Of a stretch of DNA of 64,000 nucleotides, positions 56,454-64,000 are shown piece after piece (positions within the stretch are counted from its first letter, which is position 1; every line of letters starts with the position of its first letter). The notes under the pieces were generated by a model, which saw only the letters and a list, made by a program, of their open reading frames with translations, was not told the origin of the DNA and ran no database searches. The position numbers and the translations under genes were made by a program. The stretch is from Mantamonas sphyraenae STR306 (lineage: Eukaryota; Protista; CRuMs), in contig JAPMXV010000060.1 in assembly GCA_026936335.1 (NCBI GenBank), forward strand, positions 248,001 to 312,000, written 5' to 3'.

Positions 56454-57713
56454 ATGTCAGAACGGGAGCCAGCAGAAGAGAGCGACGCAGCGGTAGATGA
56501 CGGACGGTATGTGGCGCCAAAGGAAGGGGAGCTGGGAGCACAGGTGCACCACTTGGTGCATCCGGGAAGCGGAAACGATGTGTGGGTTGTGGGCACGGCG
56601 CACATTAGTGCAGAGAGCATTGCTGACGTGGAGCGGACGATGAGACGTGTCCGTCCGCACGTGGTGGTGATTGAGCTGGACAAAACACGGATGGGCTTGG
56701 TGCGTTCGAACATGACACGTGAGAGCGTAAAGGCAACGCTGGAGAAACCGACGCTGGAGACGCTGATGGAGACGTGGAAGACGGAAGCTGGGGTGATGGC
56801 GGTTCTCAAGGTGTTTATGAATCGGCTGGTGCTGACGATGATCCAGGCACTGGACGTAGACCCTGCACTGTATGGAGGGGAGTTTAAGGCGGCGGTGCGG
56901 GAAGCAACGGCGAGTGGGGCAGTGGTGCTGCTTGGGGACAGGCCGATACAGATTACGCTGAAGCGTGTTTGGGGCTCGTTGAAGTTGACGGAGAAGCTGT
57001 GGTGTCTGTGGATGTTGTTTCAGAACCTCGGGTCGCTGACAGAGGATCTGACGGAAGAGGACTTGGAGCTGTTGAAGGAGAAGGACGTGCTGGAGTATGC
57101 GGTGGAGCAGATTCGCAGCGAACTCCCAAACGTATACCAGACACTTGTGCACGAGCGGGACCAGTACCTAACGGGAAGCATACTGTCTGTGTCGGAAGGG
57201 GCGCTGCGGACGACGACGGGTGCGGCCAAATTGGAGAAGAAGAAGAAGAAGGAGGAGGAGGAGAAGGAAGAGGAGGGTGGGGTTGTGGGCAAGCGGAGGG
57301 GCTCGTTGGTGGACAGGGCCCCTGCAGGGTCGCGGATGGTGCGGCAGGGGTCGCTGAAGACGCTGGAGAAGTGGGCACAGCGCAAGGCACGGGGAAGCGT
57401 GGGGGAAAGCGGAAGCAGCAGTGGCGGGGGAGAGTCGAGCTCAGAGGACGGGAAGGGAGAAGAAGAGAGCAAGGGCGACAAAGGGGATGATGAGGAGAAA
57501 GAGATGAAGTTGAGGGTAGTGGCTGTGGTGGGTGCGGCGCATGTGCCTGGGATCATGCGGTTGTGGAAGACGGGTGTGGAGACAGATCGAGAGAGCTTGC
57601 TGAAGGTGCCTGAGAGCATGAGCGTGCGGCAGGTGGTGTTGCTGGTGCTGATTGTGGCCATGCTTGTGTGCGGTGTGTGTATGTGGCTGGTGTGGCGATG
57701 GTGGAGCGGGTGA
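56454..57713 (+). CDS. TRABD: TraB-domain-containing protein with C-terminal tail anchor
   Basis: VWVVGTAHISAES, PHVVVIELDKTR, GGEFKAA, LGDRPIQITLKR, LVHERDQYL and VVAVVGAAHVPGI. Confidence 0.93.
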   Translation: MSEREPAEESDAAVDDGRYVAPKEGELGAQVHHLVHPGSGNDVWVVGTAHISAESIADVERTMRRVRPHVVVIELDKTRMGLVRSNMTRESVKATLEKPTLETLMETWKTEAGVMAVLKVFMNRLVLTMIQALDVDPALYGGEFKAAVREATASGAVVLLGDRPIQITLKRVWGSLKLTEKLWCLWMLFQNLGSLTEDLTEEDLELLKEKDVLEYAVEQIRSELPNVYQTLVHERDQYLTGSILSVSEGALRTTTGAAKLEKKKKKEEEEKEEEGGVVGKRRGSLVDRAPAGSRMVRQGSLKTLEKWAQRKARGSVGESGSSSGGGESSSEDGKGEEESKGDKGDDEEKEMKLRVVAVVGAAHVPGIMRLWKTGVETDRESLLKVPESMSVRQVVLLVLIVAMLVCGVCMWLVWRWWSG

Positions 57714-57758
57714 GGCGAGGCGCCCGGGCACAGCCACGAAAACCAACAAACACAAATC

Positions 57759-58019
57759 ATGTCCAGCGGAGGATACGACCCCGAACACGAAGTGGAGCTG
57801 CTGAAGGAGGAAATCAAGCGCCTGGGTGAGGAGCAGAGCGACGGGACATGGACGGTGACGTTTGGGACGCTGTTTGACGACGACAAGATTGCGAACCTGT
57901 TTGAGGCGCTTGTGGGCACGCTGAAGGCGGCCAAGAAGCGAGGAGTGATCTCGTACAAGTCGGAACTGCTGCTGCAGGGCATGAGCGACAACGAGGTGAT
58001 CACACTGAACGCAGAGTAA
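57759..58019 (+). CDS. ABRACL: Costars-family protein
   Basis: EHEVELLKEEIKRLG...VTFGTLFDDDKIANLFEALVGTLKAAKKRGVISYKSELLLQG. Confidence 0.95.
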   Translation: MSSGGYDPEHEVELLKEEIKRLGEEQSDGTWTVTFGTLFDDDKIANLFEALVGTLKAAKKRGVISYKSELLLQGMSDNEVITLNAE

Positions 58020-58253
58020 TTGTGTGGGAGGAGTGTGGGGGGTTCAAAGGCGAAGGAGCCAGAAAAACCCTCTCGGTTGCCCGTTGTTCGTCCGCGGGAT
58101 GGCAGAGAGTGGGGCAATGGAAAAATGCATTTCACAAGTTACACAGCTGAGCGTATGTGCGCGTTTTTGTGCGTATTTGTAAGCCTGTGTGTGTGTGTGT
58201 GGGTGTGGGTGTGCGGCGCACGGGAGGCGGAGCTGGGGCCCGAAAACCAAGTT

Positions 58254-58263
58254 GGTCGCAAGT
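58254..58263 (+). promoter_or_regulatory. Candidate snRNA-gene proximal sequence element GGTCGCAAGT (U1)
   Basis: Same 10-mer and spacing as upstream of U3. Confidence 0.55.
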
Positions 58264-58321
58264 CGTCGACGAGCCGTGCGAAGCGGCGTGGGTTGGGACG
58301 GCGGGTGTTTCCGTCAATTCT

Positions 58322-58482
58322 AACTTACCTTATGCGACGTGCCGACGCTCACGAATGCCGGCGCGTAGGGTGGGAGCCACCAGCATTGCACGATTGCGCG
58401 TGGCCCCGCTTCCTCGGCACCTAGTGTCGGGGCGCATACAATTTCTTCTCGAGGCAACAATGCGCTAGTCGCACGGTTGCCA
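58322..58482 (+). ncRNA. U1: U1 spliceosomal snRNA (~160 nt)
   Basis: 5' ACTTACCT splice-site-pairing sequence, helix H TATGCG/CGCATA, SL-I loop GCTCACGAAT, SL-II loop CATTGCAC (U1A site), SL-III, Sm-like AATTTCTTC and SL-IV GGCAAC...GTTGCC. Confidence 0.92.
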
Positions 58483-58575
58483 TTCTTTCTTTTTGGTTGT
58501 TCCACACGGGAGCCCCTGACCCCCGCCCCCGCTTGCACACCTGCGTCTCGTCGTTCGACGCGCCACGAGAATGGG

Positions 58576-59589
58576 ATGGACGCCTTGGGAAGCAAGCAAA
58601 CTCTCCGTCGTTTTGTTCCGATGAGTGGCAAGGACCAGGACAAGGACAAGGACCAGGAGGACAAGGAATCGCTGGTGTGGTATCCGTTAGAGGCGCTGTT
58701 GAACCCGCCAGAGGATTCTGTGACGATCACAAACCCGGCGTTGGCGGCAAAGGCAGAGCGGGAACTGGGGGAGACGGAAGCGGTGCGTGAAAACGCACTG
58801 CGAGAACTGCGGCAGCTGCTGGACGACAGGGCGGAACTGGATGACGAGGAGAGCGAGGCATACTTTCCAGGCTGGGACAACGACAATGTGCTGATTGGGT
58901 TCCTGCGCAAGGCCAAGTTCAACGTGGAAAAGGCAGAGGTGAGCTTCATGCGCTTCGCCACGTGGCAATGCGAGCTGGGATGGAACACAATCGAGTTTGA
59001 CGACGTGGCACACCTGTTGCCGATCTCGGGGTTGCACATCATGCCGCAGAGCGACAGCGACGGGCGAGTGGTGCTGTACATCGCGCCGGACGAGGAGATC
59101 ATGGTCGAGCTGGACAAGCTGGAGAGCAGGGTGCCTGTGTTTGGAGGCATCTGGTGGCTGATGAACAGGATGTTGCGCAGCCCGGAGATGCAGATCAACG
59201 GGATTGTGCAGAACATGGATTTCGCCAACGCGAGCATGTCGCAGATGCGCAACCAGAAAACAGAGGACATCCGAGTGCGTTCGGGCATGTTTGACAACAG
59301 GCTGCCCGTGCGCGTGAGCAGCATCAACATGATCAACACTCCGTGGTACTTTTCGTGGATTTTCGCCATTGTGAAGCCGTTCTTGTCGTCAAAGATGCAA
59401 GAGCGCATCCGCATGATTGGGGACGATTTTGACGCTCTGCACGAGCTTGTCGAGCCGTCTGCGTTGCCTGAGCGCTTCCATGGCACGGCGGAGCCGTTTG
59501 ACTTTCCGCAGTGGGTGCGCGATCAGGACCAAAGCGGGACGTTGCGGGAGGGTCTTGCGGTGATGCGCTCGGGACAGCTGGTGGAGTGA
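58576..59589 (+). CDS. CRAL-TRIO lipid-binding protein (clavesin/alpha-TTP/CRALBP-like)
   Basis: AERELGETEAVRENALRELR, LIGFLRKAKFNVEKA, QINGIVQNMDF and PVRVSSINMINTPWYFSWIFAIVKPFLSSKMQERI. The start is 58576 or 58621. Confidence 0.9.
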   Translation: MDALGSKQTLRRFVPMSGKDQDKDKDQEDKESLVWYPLEALLNPPEDSVTITNPALAAKAERELGETEAVRENALRELRQLLDDRAELDDEESEAYFPGWDNDNVLIGFLRKAKFNVEKAEVSFMRFATWQCELGWNTIEFDDVAHLLPISGLHIMPQSDSDGRVVLYIAPDEEIMVELDKLESRVPVFGGIWWLMNRMLRSPEMQINGIVQNMDFANASMSQMRNQKTEDIRVRSGMFDNRLPVRVSSINMINTPWYFSWIFAIVKPFLSSKMQERIRMIGDDFDALHELVEPSALPERFHGTAEPFDFPQWVRDQDQSGTLREGLAVMRSGQLVE

Positions 59590-59660
59590 AGAAGAGGGAA
59601 GGAGAAGCAGTTCATTTCCTGAGTGCGATGCAAATGCAGAAACAGTGTGCCACACAGCGA

Positions 59661-62577
<2,917 letters not shown>

Positions 62578-62796
62578 GAGTAGAGTTGAGGTTGCAAAGG
62601 GGGTTTGCGGTGGTTGCGCTGGCGGGCGTGCATTGAGCGTGCATTTGAATGGACGGGAATGGAGCGCAAGGGGGGAATGGAGTGTGGATGAGATGGGAGT
62701 GAACGTGGGGGTGCGGTGGGGGGGATGGGATGGGATGGGTGGAGGTGCAAGGAGAGGGGAGCCCGCACAGAGCCAACGCAAGCGAAGGACAAGAAC

Positions 62797-64000
62797 ATGT
62801 CTGGCGATTCAGTGCGTGTGGCTGTGCGAGTGCGGCCGTTCAATACTCGCGAGAAGGACATGAACGCAACGTTGTGCATTGACATGCAGGACAACACGAC
62901 ATACATCTTTGACGGAGGTGGGTTTTTGTTGTTTTTGGACGTGAGAGCCGGGATTTGGCCGGGCGGCAGCTGACACGGGGCGACGTACGGCCCATGGGAG
63001 CAGAGAACAAGAAGAACTACACGTTTGACTTTTCGTACTGGTCGCACGACGGCTTTGACGTGGTGGACGGATACAACACGCCAACGACGCCCAAGTACGC
63101 GGACCAGAAACGTAAGTGGTTGCCCAGCGCCGCTTTTTTCGTGAAGAGAGCCGTTTGCACGCCGGAGCAGCCCTTGCGGGCGAGCTAGAAGGGCCAGGAG
63201 GCACGTGATGGGCCAATACTGACTCGGAACGGATGGATATACACACATGGCACAGGGGTGTTTGATGACCTGGGCCAGGACGTGCTCACAAACGCCATCA
63301 AGGGTAGGTTTGCGAACGACCGTTAGATGCGCACGAGAGGGGGCCCACGGGGACACGGGAGATGGTTGCAACGGGGAACTGACGAGCGCACGTGCGTGCA
63401 CACACACACATCCACACACACACACACCCATTTGCACACATGAACATGGCGACATGCACACGCACAGGCTTCAACTGCTCGCTGTTTGCCTACGGACAAA
63501 CGGGCTCGGGCAAGAGCTACTCCATGGTCGGGTACGGCGTGAACAAGGGCATTGTGCCGATCACATGCGAAGAAATCTTCAAGATTGTAGAGTCGAACGA
63601 CGACGACAAGCTGGAACATCAGGTGGAGCTGTCGATGTTGGAGATCTACAACGAGCAGGTGCGGGATTTGCTGTCGAAGAAAAAGTCGCCCAAGGGAGGG
63701 CTGAAGGTGCGGTCGATCCCGAAAACAGGTGTGCAAGTGGTGGGTCTGTCCAAGGTGCCCGTGTCGAGCTACGACGAAATCAACTCGTGGATCGAGAACG
63801 GCACAGAGAACCGTACGGTGGCGGCCACCAAGATGAACGCCACGTCGTCACGTGCGCACACGGTGGTGGCCATCATCTTCACGCAGAAGAAGCTGGATGC
63901 GTTTGGACCGGGCAAGCACGAAGTGATGTCTTCCAAGATCAACCTTGTGGATTTGGCAGGGTCGGAGCGTGCGGACTCGACGGGAGCAACCGGCCAGACG
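62797..64000 (+). CDS. Kinesin-3 family motor (KIF28/KLP-6-like); runs off the window
   Basis: SVRVAVRVRPFNTRE, YTFDFSYWSHDGF...YADQK, FAYGQTGSGKSYSMVG, NATSSRAH and LVDLAGSERADSTGATG; three introns. Confidence 0.93.

Noticed and set aside
57190-57510. Charged insertion in TRABD as an intein or intron
   Set aside because: In-frame low-complexity E/K/S/G loop just before VVAVVG, with no intein motifs and no need for splicing.

Overview
This is a very gene-dense, GC-rich (roughly 60%, judged by eye) eukaryotic nuclear region. It uses the standard genetic code and has short GT-AG introns, consistent with a unicellular protist; I cannot assign the species. I find 31 protein-coding genes. Recognisable ones are NFX1, RPN2, an EEF1AKMT4/ECE2-like methyltransferase, a Gbp2/hnRNP-M-like RRM protein, ATG9, RPL23A x2, PFDN6 x2, an RNMT2-like protein, a DUF6687-like protein, synapsin, a four-domain EEEE voltage-gated channel, RAB3GAP2, strumpellin, GABA-T, MECR, a SYS1/TMEM244-like protein, DNAJC11, DPH3, TRABD, Costars, a CRAL-TRIO protein, CDC48 and a kinesin-3; the rest are orphans. 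Two RNA genes are not in the ORF track: U3 snoRNA (minus, ~20.5-20.8 kb) and U1 snRNA (plus, ~58.3-58.5 kb). They share an identical 10-mer (GGTCGCAAGT) about 57-68 nt upstream and a similar T-rich 3' flank. A ~2.3 kb + 2.3 kb inverted duplication (RPL23A + PFDN6) brackets a cap-methyltransferase-like gene with a degenerate SAM motif. Other notable points: an internal frameshift in DNAJC11; a tandemly duplicated C-terminal module in the channel; a contiguous synapsin-Cav-RAB3GAP2-WASHC5-ABAT block; divergent gene pairs with start codons only 51-71 bp apart; and GC-skew domains independent of transcription direction. No transposase, CRISPR array, tRNA or rRNA was seen. Exon boundaries were derived by hand and family calls come from motif recognition, not database searches.
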